DNA of 64,000 nucleotides. It comes from the human T2T-CHM13v2.0 reference genome, Homo sapiens. A program made the position numbers and the translations under genes. The notes under the pieces were generated by a model that searched no databases, was not told the DNA's origin, and saw nothing but the letters and a program-made list of their open reading frames with translations. Shown here piece by piece: positions 30,788 to 49,154 of this stretch (the first letter of the stretch is position 1; each line of letters opens with the position of its first letter). The stretch lies in assembly GCF_009914755.1 (NCBI RefSeq), contig NC_060947.1, one strand, 5' to 3'.

Positions 30788-31110
30788 CCGTCAATCTCCT
30801 GGGCTCCTGGGTTCCGTCTGCCCTGTTCATAGAGACAGAATGAGGGCGTCCCCAGGTGGTGAGCTCAGGGACGTGTGTGTGTGTGTGTGTGTGTGTAACC
30901 ATCAATCTCCTGGGCTCCTGGGTTCCGTCTGCCCTGTTCATAGGGATGGAATGAGGGCGTCCCCAGGTGGTGAGCTCAGGGACGTTGTGTGTGTGTGTGT
31001 GTGTGTGTGTAACCATCAATCTCCTGGGCTCCTGGGTTCCGTCTGCCCTGTTCATAGAGACGGAATGAGGGCGTCCTCAGGTGGTGAGCTCAGGGACGTG
31101 TGTGTAGCCA
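30420..31110. repeat. VNTR (~110-135-bp unit, ~6 copies) carrying a variable (GT)n tract
   Basis: gaatgagggcgtccccaggtggtgagctcagggac(gt)n...gccctgttcatag. Confidence 0.9.
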
Positions 31111-31429
31111 TGATTATCCTTTAGTACCTGGTCCCCGTGCCCTCCAAGCCATCCAAGGGCTTCAGGAGGCCGCGCAGAAGGAGGGTCGGTAAGCGAGTCC
31201 ACGGACCACCACGCAGGCCCTGACCCCGCCAGGGGCCCTTTGGAGGGTGAGCCCTGCGTGTTGGGGGGATGATGGCTCCGGAGGGTGAGCTCTGGGATGA
31301 GAGGGGACGTGCAGGTGGCCGCATTGCAGACACAGCTGGCTCGGGACCTGGGCGCCATCTGCCGTCGACTCAGCTCGCTCCTGAGCTGTGCCTCTTCCTT
31401 GCCTCACGTTGGAGATAAAAAGCCATAGA

Positions 31430-34907
<3,478 letters not shown>

Positions 34908-35254
34908 TGATGACGGCTCTAGGAGTTTGGTTGTGGAGCACAGATGCCGGCGGTGTGGGCACGAGGCCCTGCACCTGCGTTTCTCCTGCACGGGCCCCGG
35001 AACCCCGGGATGGGATCTCTGTGGAGTGATCACGTCAGTGGGCTCTCGGCGAGGCTGGCGGGTGGGAGTCGGCGGCATCCGGGCTGGGCCCCCGAGGCTT
35101 GGCTCCCTCTCTGCACCCCAGGGGTCCCACAGGCTGGTGACAGCGCGACTGAAGGCCACGCTGCAGTCAGGAGGCCGCCCCACGTGTGACCCCGGGTCTT
35201 CCCACCCCGCCCTGACCCAGGGTCCTGGCCTTCCACGTGTGACCCTGGTTCCGG

Positions 35255-36510
35255 CACCTGTCCCCGCCCCCCCATCCTGTTCCCCTCCTCTCTCCCTGCC
35301 CCCCCTCCCCTCTCCCCGCCCCCCCTCCCCTCTCCCCGCCCCCCTCCCCTCTCCCCGTCCCCCTCCCCTCTCCCCGTCCCCCCTCCCTCTCTCCCCGTCC
35401 CCCCTCCCTCTCTCCCCGTCCCCCCTCCCCTCTCCCCGCCCCCCCCGTCCCCCCTCCCCTCTCCCCGTCCCCCCTCCCCTCTCCCCGTCCCCCCTCCCCT
35501 CTCCCCGTCCCCCCTCCCTCTCTCCCCGTCCCCCCTCCCTCTCTCCCCGTCCCCCCTCCCTCTCTCCCCGTCCCCCCTCCCTCTCTCCCCGTCCCCCCTC
35601 CCCTCTCCCCGCCCCCCCGTCCCCCCTCCCCTCTCCCCGTCCCCCCTCCCCTCTCCCCGTCCCCCCTCCCCTCTCCCCGTCCCCCCTCCCTCTCTCCCCG
35701 TCCCCCCTCCCTCTCTCCCCGTCCCCCCTCCCCTCTCCCCGCCCCCCCATCCCCCCTCCCCTCTCCCCGCCCCCCCTCCCCGTCCCCCTCCCCTCTCCCC
35801 CTCCCCCCTCCCCGCCCCCCTCCCCTCTCCCCCTCCCCCCTCCCCGCCCCCCTCCCCTCTCCCTGCCCTCCCCTCTCCCTGCCCCCCCTCCCTGCCCCCC
35901 TCCCCTCTCCGCCCCACCTCTCCCCTCCCCCCTCCCCCTCCTCTCTCCCCCCTCCCCCTCCTCTCTCCCCCTCCCCCCCTCTCTCCCCCTCCCCCTCCTC
36001 CTCCTCTCTCCCCCTCCCCCCTCCCCCTCCCCTCTCCTCTCTCCCCGCCCCCCTCCCTCTCTCCCCGCCCCCCTCCCTCTCTCCCCGTCCCCCTCTCCTC
36101 TCTCCCCGTCCCCCTCTCCTCTCTCCCCGTCCCCCCTCCTCTCTCCCCGTCCCCCCTCCTCTCTCCCCGTCCCCCCTCCTCTCCCCGTCCCCCCTACTCT
36201 CCCCGTCCCCCCTACTCTCCCCGTCCCCCTCCCTCTCTCCCCGTCCCCCCTCTCCCCGTCCCCCCTCCCCCTCTCCCCGTCCCCCCTCCCCCTCTCCCCG
36301 TCCCCCCCTCCCCCTCTCCCCGTCCCCCCCTCCCCCTCTCCCCGTCCCCCCCTCCCCCTCTCCCCGTCCCCCCCTCCCCCTCTCCCCGTCCCCCCCTCCC
36401 CCTCTCCCCGTCCCCCCCTCCCCCTCTCCCCGTCCCCCCCTCCCCCTCTCCCCGTCCCCCCCTCCCCCTCTCCCCGTCCCCCCCTCCCCCTCTCCCCGTC
36501 CCATCTCTCC
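35255..36510. repeat. 1.2-kb C-rich polypyrimidine minisatellite
   Basis: (ccccctcccctctccccgt)-type units, almost no A. Confidence 0.95.
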
Positions 36511-36689
36511 CTTGAGTCCTTGGGTGGTCCTGGCCGCACGCCTACCTGGCGGCCCCATCCGTCCCTTCAGGGCAGGGACAGCCGATGCCCCGCACCTCCC
36601 CCATCGCTTTTCTGCCTCTGCCCCCTCCCCACATAGGCCTGGCGTCCCCTGGACTCCTGTAGGCCGAGCTGTAGTCTTAAGAAGTGTGT

Positions 36690-36875
36690 CCCGCAGCCCT
36701 AAAAGGTTGGGGTACCCTCCGGCCGTCATGTTCTGGGCACCCTATAGTCCTAAAGGGTCAGGGCACCCCATGGCTGTCATGTTTAGAGTACCCCGTAGTC
36801 CTAAAGGATTGGGGCACCCCACATCCCCGGTGTTCAGGGCACGTCATAGTCCTAAAAGGTCGGGGTACCCCTGGA
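36690..36875. repeat. 51-bp degenerate repeat x4
   Basis: tagtcctaaa at 36745, 36796 and 36847. Confidence 0.75.
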
Positions 36876-36969
36876 TGAGGGGCGGTCAGGAGGGTCAGGG
36901 CCTGGGTGGACATCCTGTCATCCTACCCTGTGGGCTATGCCCTGTGTCCCTGACTCTGACATTGGGTGA

Positions 36970-37652
<683 letters not shown>

Positions 37653-40600
37653 CTAAGCCCCACTTCTCTGAGTCTCCTGCAAGGTTTGTGTGAGTGCCTG
37701 GGGGCCGAGGCCCTGGCGAGGAGGATGGGGGCTCGGGGGCCTCTGTGACCTGGGGGAGGGGCTGTCGCGTCCCCCTGTGGTCGCGTCCCCCTGTGGTCGC
37801 GTCCCCCTGTGGTCGCACCTGTGGGCTGTCGGCCGTAGGTACCGCTCAGGCCCGTCCTGGTTGCGGGGCAAGGGCCTGTGTGTTGGGGGCTGAGAGACGG
37901 GGCCTAGAAGCCCTGTTGTGGGGAGGCCTGTGGGGGGCTTGTCCAAGCGGGACCTCCTATCCCTGCACCACTGGGGTCGTCCCCCCCGACGGGGCCTCGT
38001 CCCCCCCATGGCTGCTCCGTGAGGTCAGGCAGCGCCGCGCTAGGGAGATGGGGTGGCCCTGTCCCCGCAGAGGGGCTGTTCTCTGGGGCAGAGGCGGGCA
38101 GGACCCCCCGCCTTGTGGTCAGGACCCCCCTCCTTGTGGTCAGGACCCACTCGTGGCGGCCGGGGCTGCTGCGGGAGCTGATACCGGGGTGGAGACAGCT
38201 ACGCCATGGTGAGGACACGGGGCCGGGGGAGGCTGCAGCCGACGGCCAGGCCCCCGTGCGGAAGACCCGGGGCAGCCCCCGCCTAGGAGCTGCGCAGACA
38301 CGTCCTGGGGCCGCTGTTTCACCGAGACCCGAACGGCTGCTCCCCAGGCTCTGAGTGGCGTGTGCGGCAGCCAAGGCTGGGGGAGCTGTGACTTCTACAC
38401 GGCGCCAGGGCGCAGGGATCCCTGCTGTGCCAGGGTCTGCCCGTGGGTCATGGGGAACGTGGTTCGAGGCCCCTCTGCTGTAGCCACGCAGCAGCGTCTT
38501 GCCGGGTGCGTGGCCTTGTCTGCAGGCTTGAGACCCAGCGGGGCCGTCTGTGCCACGTGGGGTCTGCGCCGGCCCAGGGGCCGCACCGCTGTCAGCCACA
38601 GGATGTGTGTCTCGGGGCTGCGGCAGACGGGGCTTCTGTGCCGTGTGGGGTCCGACCCCTCGGCCTGGGCAGGGCGGCCCGTGGGCACCGTGCTGGGGAC
38701 GACCTCCGGCCTCTGCTCCTTCCCCGGCTCTGAGTCATAAAGGCCTCCCGCTCCCCCGGGAGCCGTGTCTTCTCTAGGAACTGCTGAGCGCGGCTGGGTC
38801 TGGCTCTGCCTCATTCCTGCATCTGATGCCCGCCCGTTCTCCCCCAACTCCCCTTTCTCCATCTCCTCCCTCCCCTCCGTCTTGCCCGTCTCCATTTCCT
38901 CCATCTCTCCCTTCTCCGTCTCCTCCGTCTCGTGGCTGTCCAGACCCCGTCCCTCCGCAGGCTGGGTCCCCCCTTGTTCTGGGCGGGGCTCTCGGTGCCG
39001 GTCTGGTGCCAGTGCTGGGAACCTGTGGTGCCCGTCACCTCTGCTCCCCGTCACCTCGGCTCCACCTCGAGGAGCTGTGTCCTGTCCCACGAGGAGGCGC
39101 CCCGGGACCTCAGGGCTGCAGGCCATGGCTGGGTCCGGCTTTGCCTCATCCCCTGTATCTGAGGCCCCCCAGTTCTCCCCCATCTCCCCCTCTCCATCTC
39201 CTCTGTCTCCCCCGTCTCATGGCTCTCCGGGCCCCGTCCCCCCCACCAGGCTGGGTCCCCTTATTCTGGGTAGCCCGTCTTGCCATCACTGTCCCTGCCG
39301 CCCCTCAGGACAGCGCTGTGGATGCCGGTCTGGTGCCGGCGGTCACCCCTGCTGCGCCTTGAGCAGCTGTGTCTTGTCCCGTGAGGAGGTGCCCCGGGAC
39401 CTCAGGGCTGTGGCTGGCACCTTTCATGGTCCTCCCGGAACAGAGCTCATGCTGCTGCTCCTGGGTGGACCCGGGGCTGCCCCTGTGAACACTCTTGGTT
39501 CTGACACGAAGGCACCCCGTGAGGGAGGGGAGGGGTGGGCTGGGTCGGGTCCCTGCTCGGGGATCTCCAAGGGGTGACGGCCACGAAGTGCGGGGGACCC
39601 ACGATTGTCATTCAGAGGGTGAGGCGCTGAGCCCTGGAACATCCTGGCTTCTGGCGGGACGCTGGCCACGGTCAGGGTGCCCCGAGTGCTTGTTTTGTGG
39701 GGTCCCTGGCCCCCTGCACACGTGAGCCCTCGGGGGAATGGACCCCCAGAACACGTGGAGGGCATGACTGCTGGGCTCTGGGTCTCCCCGCAGCGCCGCC
39801 GTCCACTAGGACCCCCGACAGGACCCCCCCACTTCTCCGGCAAAGGTGTCGGTGTGCACGCCCGGCCCCGGCACTGCCCGGGGCATCTGGGGTTGTGGCT
39901 GGGGAAGGACGGGGCACTTGGGGGAATGCAGTGGGTACAGGGATGTCGGAGGATGCTCAGTGGCTGTGCAGGGGCCTCACCAGCGTCGTGGGTGGGGGAC
40001 GCTGTCTTTCACGGCCCCAGGGAGGCCTCTCATGTCTCAGCCTTGAACCCTAATTGGGGGGGCTCCCAGTGTCAGTGTGGGGAGGCTGAGGGCGCTGGTC
40101 AGAGCCCTCCCATGACCATGGGCTCCGGCTCATAGGTGTGTGTGTGTTGGGGGGGGGGGGGTGTCCGGAGGTGGTGTGGGGCGGACATGGTCTCCCAGAC
40201 GGGCTCCCCGGAGCTGAGGGCAGGGTGGGCCCTGCGGGCCGTGGCTCCCAGTGTCATTTCCCTGCGGCAGAACCTCCTGCCCTGCACCTGTCCTGTTGTT
40301 GGGGGTCCTGACCCTTCGCAGACCCAGGTGGGGGCATCCGGGAATTCAGGGGAGCACCTGGTGACACTGAGGACACCTTGGGGACAGTGGCATTCCCCCG
40401 GGAGGTGCTGCCTCGTCTACCCACCACCTGGAGCCCCCGCAGTCTCTCCTCAGGGGTCACGGGACCACCCTGTGCGTCCGCCTCCTTCACAGCAACGGCT
40501 GCCGGTGGATGAACGGGGTGCGTATGCTGCTCTCGGGGTGGTCCCGGCTTGGCCCTGCCCTGCCGCGTGGATGCTGCCACCTCCGTTTCCTGGGGGAGAG

Positions 40601-41472
40601 TTTTGTCGTGTGTGAGGACGGGGTTGTTCCCATGGTCACCACCTGTGACCCTCACCTGCGTGCAGAGGGAGCAGAGCTGAGCCTGGGCTCATCCACGTCG
40701 GGTGCCCCTGGGGTGCTTGTGGCCTCCCCTGCACAGGGAGCTCCTCCTGGTGGGGCCTCCGACCCCCCTCATTTAGGTGTCCCCCAGCTGTGGACGTCCC
40801 CACTCTGGCGTGGGCTCCTTCCTTCTGGGGTCGTTTGTGGAACGGGGCCTGGGTCCGTGGCTCCGGGAGGGAACAGCCCCGAGGGTGGGGTCCCCCTGGC
40901 TGGGGAGGGGCCCCGCAGAGAGGCCCAGGCTGCACCCCGAGGCGTCTGGCGTGGCCGCGGTCCCCCTCCAGCACCGACGCTTGTAAATCCTGGACGGAGC
41001 CACGCTGTGGCTGAGGGAGCCGAGCCCGTGACTGAAAATCCTCCAAACGTACAAGCGTGATCGCCAGAAACGGTTTTGTACGTTTACACAAAACATTCAC
41101 ACAGCCTGTGGTGGAGGCTCCTGTCCAGGACTGAGGCGCCCGGGAGCCGCCGGTCACCGTTGTGCGCACATGGACCCTTTCCACAGACGCAGGCCCCGGA
41201 ACCCAGGCCGGGTCGGGAACGGCAAGTGCTGGAGGGTGTCCGTGTGGGAACCCGTCCCATTCACGCGCGGCCCTACGTGTCCCCCGGGCACAGGGCTCTG
41301 GGCAGGTCCAGCCACGAACCCACAGCGGCAATCAACACGCTTCTGTGAATAAATAAAAGTTTATCATTCCGTACAAACGCACTCATTTTCCACAACAGTT
41401 TTTACACGAGCCGCGGTGGCCCGGTGGTGGCACGTGGGGGGCGGCCCCGCGGCGGCGTTCTCGCGGGTGGCG

Positions 41473-41623
41473 TCACAGCGGCTCCAGGTCCTCGTCCCCG
41501 CACGCGTACTCGTACAGGTCCACGGCGCCCAGCGGTGAGGGCGCCTCGAAGAAGGGCCTCTGGGCCAGCGGGGAGCGCAGCGCACTCAGCTTCTGCTCCA
41601 CGGGGCTGAGCTCGGCCTCGAAC
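41473..41623 (-). CDS. PPP2R3B: PP2A regulatory subunit B'' beta (PR70), last coding exon
   Basis: cag|G TTC; FEAELSPVEQKLSALRSPLAQRPFFEAPSPLGAVDLYEYACGDEDLEPL-TGA. Confidence 0.95.
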
Positions 41624-42879
41624 CTGCAACGAGGGGATGGCGAAGACGTGGCCAGCAGCGCGGAGCAGGCCCTGGGCCGTTTTCCGGGAAACACAGGCTG
41701 CTCGGCCGCCAACCTCCAGCACGAGACAGTCCCCTGAGCCGACCTTGAGCTCCAGCCGCTGAGCCAGCAACGCGCTCCTGGCTGAGGACGCCGGCTCCAC
41801 GAATGCTCCCGGGGGAGGGGCCTGCGGTGCAGGTGAAAACCCACCCAGGACGGGACGGAGCCCCGGGCGTGAGCTACACACAGAGGACCTGGGCGGGCGC
41901 GCCTTTTCCCCAAAGCGAGCTGCACGGGACCTGTGTTTACAACTGGGTCGTGGTGTCCACACAGGACTGGAGAACAAACAGGACCACAGTTTAGACACAT
42001 TCTCCCAAAGCACAGAAGCTCCCAGTGGAGGCTACCACTTCCGTTCTGACCAGAACACGCAGCAGTGCGAGGACTGGACGCGCGCCTTCCCTTAAGGTCT
42101 CGGCAGTGACGTCGGGCGCTGCTCCGGGGAACCCAGCGCGGCCACGGACCACACAGACTCTCAGAGATCCTGTGGGGACACCTCTGCTTTCCAAGACGCC
42201 CCCGACAGCCTGGCACTGAGCTCCCCGCGGTCACCCCCACGGACCTGAGCTCCCACTGCCGGAGCAGGCGTGGACACGGTGAAGGCAGTCGACCCCAGCG
42301 TGCTGCTGGCTGTGCCGCAGACACAAAGCCGGGCAGCCGTGGGGGTGGACACTGGTCAGGTGGGGAGCAGAGGTGACAGACGGTGGTGGGGACAGGCGCA
42401 CACCCATCCAGGCTAGGTCTGGGGGCCACAGCTGCCTTAGGGTGTCCGACAGGAGAAGGCAGAGACTGCGAAGTTGTGGGGACCCAGAGGTTGGCTGCCA
42501 GGTCAGAGCCACCGTGCAAACAATGACCACGAGGAGGACGGACACACAGGACAGACGGCCCAGGGTGGGCCGCAGGGGCCCTGTGCTGCTTGGCAGGAAT
42601 CGGACGGGGCGGCTGATGGGGGAGCAGGGGTTAAAATGCACGTCCATGGAACCCATGGGTCGGGAACCCAACGGTAACCAGAAAGTATTTTGAGCTGCAC
42701 CAAAATCAGAAGGCCGCGGGCTGCGGTGTCCATGGCCCACGTCGCTGCCTGAAGATACTCAAGGAAAACAGCAGAACAAAGGGGAGAAACACCCGTGGTT
42801 CCCTGGGAAGAAGAGTGAACCTCGTCGGCCCCTCGCCTCACTGATCACACACAAAGTCAGTATCAGGAGCGTGAGAGAC

Positions 42880-45290
<2,411 letters not shown>

Positions 45291-45711
45291 ACCAGCCCAG
45301 GGCCTCTCAGGGCCTCCAAGGCTGGAAGGCCGAAGCGGAGGCTGGAATGGCCACGGGCCCTGCAGCCTGCCCAGCAGGTGCCAGCCATGGGATAAGGACA
45401 GACGTCGTTGGCGAAACACAACTCGGCCTCCCCGTGCTGGGCCTGATGTGCGAAGCCTCGCGCCCAGGATCACAGAACCCCACGCGGGGAATGACGGGCA
45501 GACTGCACCGAGGCCCGGCCCTGTCATCGGCTGTCCTTACCTCACCGGCCCCGTGTCAGGTCTCACCCCGCCCCTCTGTGTCCGCGCACCCCACCTGACT
45601 GGCCCCGCATCCCCCGGCTGCACACACACCCGTCCTCCCACTCACCCGTCCTCCCCACTCACCCGTCCTCCCACTGACCCGTCCCCCCACTCACCCGTCC
45701 TCCCCACTCAC

Positions 45712-45818
45712 CCGTCCTCCCAGGGCTCTCCCACGGTCTCCTCGGCCACCAGGATGTCGTACTCCTCGGCCGCGTACTTCTCCCAGTCCGAGAGCTCGGG
45801 GCCGCCGCTGTCACCGTC
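45712..45818 (-). CDS. PPP2R3B: PPP2R3B penultimate exon
   Basis: cag|GAC...GAC GG|gtgagt, 107 nt; DGDSGGPELSDWEKYAAEEYDILVAEE. Confidence 0.95.
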
Positions 45819-45885
45819 CTGGAGGAAGCACACGGGTTACGTACACGGCGTGGAGCGGCCCGGCCCGCGTGCCCGCCGCACTCAC

Positions 45886-46004
45886 CCTGAGCAGGGAGAT
45901 CTGCTCTTTCTGCTCGTGGTCGAGGTACTTCTCGATGTTGAAGAAGGTGTCGAAGAAGACGTTGGCCAGCTTGCAGCGCTTCAGGTCCTGCAGCGTGATC
46001 TTCC
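45886..46004 (-). CDS. PPP2R3B: PPP2R3B coding exon
   Basis: cag|GG AAG...AGG|gtgagt, 119 nt; KITLQDLKRCKLANVFFDTFFNIEKYLDHEQKE. Confidence 0.95.
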
Positions 46005-46559
46005 CTGTGGGGAGGGGAGTGCGTCCAAGGCGCGTGAGCCCGGTCTCACCTTCGGGGCCTGGGTGTGGGGTGCGCGCGTCCTGTCACACGTGCTTAAGGA
46101 CGCGGCACGAAGCTCCGGGCTCTCACGCCACGTGTTTGACGTGAAAGGCGGACACGCGAGTGTCCCGGTTCTGGGTGGGGACTGAGGCGTGGGAGGCCGT
46201 GATGCGGAGGCGACTAGGGGCCACCGGTGCCCCAAGGACGCGTGGACTGGGACGTGGCGCAGGGAGGCGCGGCCAGCAGGGGCGCTGCTGGATCTGAAAT
46301 TACAGAGAACGGAGCTCCCCGTGCAGGCAGAGGCCAGAGGGTGTCCCGGGGACACTGAGCAGCAGGAGGCGCCCCATGGCCGGGGGGGGGGGCAGGGCTG
46401 CAGGGCGGTGCCCGGGCCTCAGAGCCATTTCCAAAGTGAAAGTCCCAGAGCTGGATTCTGAGATGCAGAAGGAAGCCAGGCGGCGTGGACGGTGGGGCTC
46501 CCCTTTGCCTTAGAGGGCACGGGGGTGGGTGGGAGGAGCTGGGGAGATGGTGTGGGGGG

Positions 46560-47340
46560 AACAGGGGTGAGAGGGGAGGAGCCGGGGGGGTGAGGGGAGG
46601 AGCCGGGGGGGTGAGGGGAGGAGCCGGGGGGGGTGAGGGGAGGAGCCGGGGGGGTGAGAGGGGAGGAGCCGGGGGGGTGAGAGGGGAGGAGCCGGGGGGG
46701 TGAGAGGGGAGGAGCCGGGGGGGTGAGAGGGGAGGAGCCGGGGGGGGTGAGAGGGGAGGAGCCGGGGGGGGTGAGAGGGGAGGAGCCGGGGGGGTGAGAG
46801 GGGAGGAGCCGGGGGGGGGTGAGAGGGGAGGAGCCGGGGGGGGGGTGAGAGGGGAGGAGCCGGGGGGTGAGAGGGGAGGAGCCGGGGGGGGGTGAGAGGG
46901 GGGGAGGAGCCGGGGGGGTGAGAGGGGAGGAGCCGGGGGGGTGAGAGGGGAGGAGCCGGGGGGGGTGAGAGGGGAGGAGCCGGGGGGGTGAGAGGGGAGG
47001 AGCCGGGGGGGGTGAGAGGGGAGGAGCCGGGGGGGGTGAGAGGGGAGGAGCCGGGGGGGGGGTGAGAGGGGAGGAGCCGGGGGGTGAGAGGGGAGGAGCC
47101 GGGGGGTGAGAGGGGAGGAGCCGGGGGGGGTGAGAGGGGGGGAAGAGCCGGGGGGGTGAGAGGGGGGGAGCCGGGGGGCTGAGAGGGGAGGAGCCGGGGG
47201 GTGAGAGGGGAGGAGATGGGGGGGGCGAGAGGGGGGGAGGAGCGGGGGGGGGCGAGAGGGGGGGAGGAGCGGGGGGGGGTGAGAAGGGAGGAGACGGGGG
47301 GGGGGTGAGAGGGGAGGAGACGGGGGGGGGTGAGGGGAGG
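46560..47340. repeat. G-rich ~24-bp VNTR
   Basis: gtgagaggggaggagcc(g)n, ~30 copies. Confidence 0.95.
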
Positions 47341-47544
47341 ACCGCCTTGTGCGGCATCAGCACGAACATGGCAACTGCTCCCTCAGCCCAGTGCCAACGT
47401 CCCCGGTGAGCTCCGGCCCTAGGTTCTCTAGGTCACCCCTCGGGGGGTGTCGACGCCCCGAATAGAAGGTTCTTGCACTGTGAGACTAGGCACCTGTGGT
47501 GCTGGCCCTCCTCACAAACTCAGTAGGACAGCACCTCACAGGGA

Positions 47545-48000
47545 CGTCCCCTCACCCTGGTCCGTCCTCTCGCCCGTCCGTCCCCTCACCCTGGGCCGTC
47601 CCCCCTCCCGTCCGTCCCCTCACCCTGGGCCGTCCCCCCTCCCGTCCGTCCCCTCACCCTGGGCCGTCCCCCCTCCCGTCCGTCCCCTCACCCTGGGCCG
47701 TCCTCCCTCCCGTCCGTCCCCTCTCCCTGGGCCGTCCTCCCTCCCGTCCGTCCCCTCTCCCTTGGCCGTCATCCGTCCCCTCTCCCTGGGCCGTCCTCTC
47801 GCCCGTCCGTCCCCTCACCCTGGGCCGTCCTCTCGCCCGTCCGTCCCCTCTCCCTGGGCCGTCCTCTCGCCCGTCCGTCCCCTCACCCTGGGCCGTCCTC
47901 TCGCCCGTCCGTCCCCTCACCCTGGGCCGTCCTCTCGCCCGTCCGTCCCCTCACCCTGGGCCGTCCTCTCACCCGTCCGTCCCCTCACCCTGGGCCATGC
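47545..48000. repeat. 34-bp VNTR, ~13 copies
   Basis: ccgtccgtcccctcaccctgggccgtcctctcgc. Confidence 0.9.
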
Positions 48001-48016
48001 CCTCACGGGGCATCAC

Positions 48017-48192
48017 CTTCAGTCCTCGGCTTGACCAGGTCCAGCATCTGGCAGAGGCAGTCCTGGAAGGGCAGGGCCTCGATGGCCATGCTGTCCAGCC
48101 TTCGGCACTGCTCCTCGTAGAAGTACTCGAGCTCGAACATGGACAGGGCGCCGTCCCCGTCCAGGTCCATGCAGCGGAACCAGTACTCGATG
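48017..48192 (-). CDS. PPP2R3B: PPP2R3B coding exon (EF-hand 2)
   Basis: cag|C ATC...GAA G|gtgatg, 176 nt; IEYWFRCMDLDGDGALSMFELEYFYEEQ. Confidence 0.97.
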
Positions 48193-48247
48193 CTGCGGCA
48201 CGGCGAGCTCTGTCAGCCCCTGCCCTGGGCCCTCCCAGCCCGTGACC

Positions 48248-48450
48248 TGCAGCCCCTGGGGCAGCCCCCACCGGGGGTGCACGCGTCCCCCCTGTGCCTT
48301 GCAGCCCCCACCAGGCGTGCAGGCATCCCCTGCCCCCTGCCGCCCCCACCGGGCGCGCACGCGTCCCCCTGTGCCGTGCAGCCCCCACCGGGCGTGCACA
48401 TGTCCCCCTGTGCCGTGCAGCCCCCACCAGGCGTGCAGGCATCCGCCTGG
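48248..48450. repeat. Degenerate ~40-bp GC-rich intronic repeat
   Basis: gcagcccccacc.ggcgtgca...tcccc recurring. Confidence 0.75.
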
Positions 48451-48519
48451 GGACACATGTCACATGGGCAGCTCCCGGCCCCTCCACTGGGACAAACGCA
48501 TGCCGCAGCAGGAACCCAC

Positions 48520-48609
48520 CTGGTCGGTGTTTTTTTGTCTTCCTCAGAGATCAAAAACCAGACAAAGTCGGCATAGCTGATCTTCCCTTCCTTCTGCACT
48601 TTTCTGCCT
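48520..48609 (-). CDS. PPP2R3B: PPP2R3B coding exon
   Basis: tag|A GGC...ACC AG|gtggg, 90 nt; GRKVQKEGKISYADFVWFLISEEDKKTPT. Confidence 0.95.
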
Positions 48610-49105
48610 CTAGATCCAAAGCCAGGATGGAGAGACGAAGATGCATGTCAGGGAGAGCTTCACAGGAACGGAGCCCCTGTCCACGCGCCTCGGTGAGGGG
48701 AGCCCCCCGGGCCCGGCCCTCCTCCTGCCCCCCTCCTGCCCCCCTCCTGCCCCTCCTCCTGCCTCTCCGGGGAGGAGGTGGAGGCCCCGTGGCCAGAGGG
48801 TTTTCCCCAGATCCAGGCAGGGTCAGGAGTGCACCTTCGTTACTGCTCACTCAGGCCCAGCGCCCGACAAGAACCCCCGACCTGGGGCCTGGGCCACCCC
48901 CTTCCTCAGACCTCGCGTGACAGTCTTGTGCCACCCCCCCCACTAGGGATTCACGTGACAGAGACACGTGCCCCCCTCGCCAGGGCCTGGGGTGACAACC
49001 ACTCGCTGTCGGGGCACAAAGAGCTCACGTCAGGCAACGATGAGGAGAGGGACCGGGGTCCTCGCAGGGGCAATGGCTGCCGTCAGGCGCCTGAGCCGTA
49101 CGTAC

Positions 49106-49154
49106 CGTGTGACTGCTCCTGAGAAGATCCTGTCTATCATCTTGGTAGAAAGGG
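49106..49154 (-). CDS. PPP2R3B: PPP2R3B coding exon
   Basis: cag|CC CTT...ACA CG|gtacg, 49 nt; LSTKMIDRIFSGAVT. Confidence 0.93.

Noticed and set aside
41473-42519. 348-aa ORF
   Set aside because: Only the last 49 codons are the PPP2R3B terminal exon; the rest is GC-rich intron open by chance.
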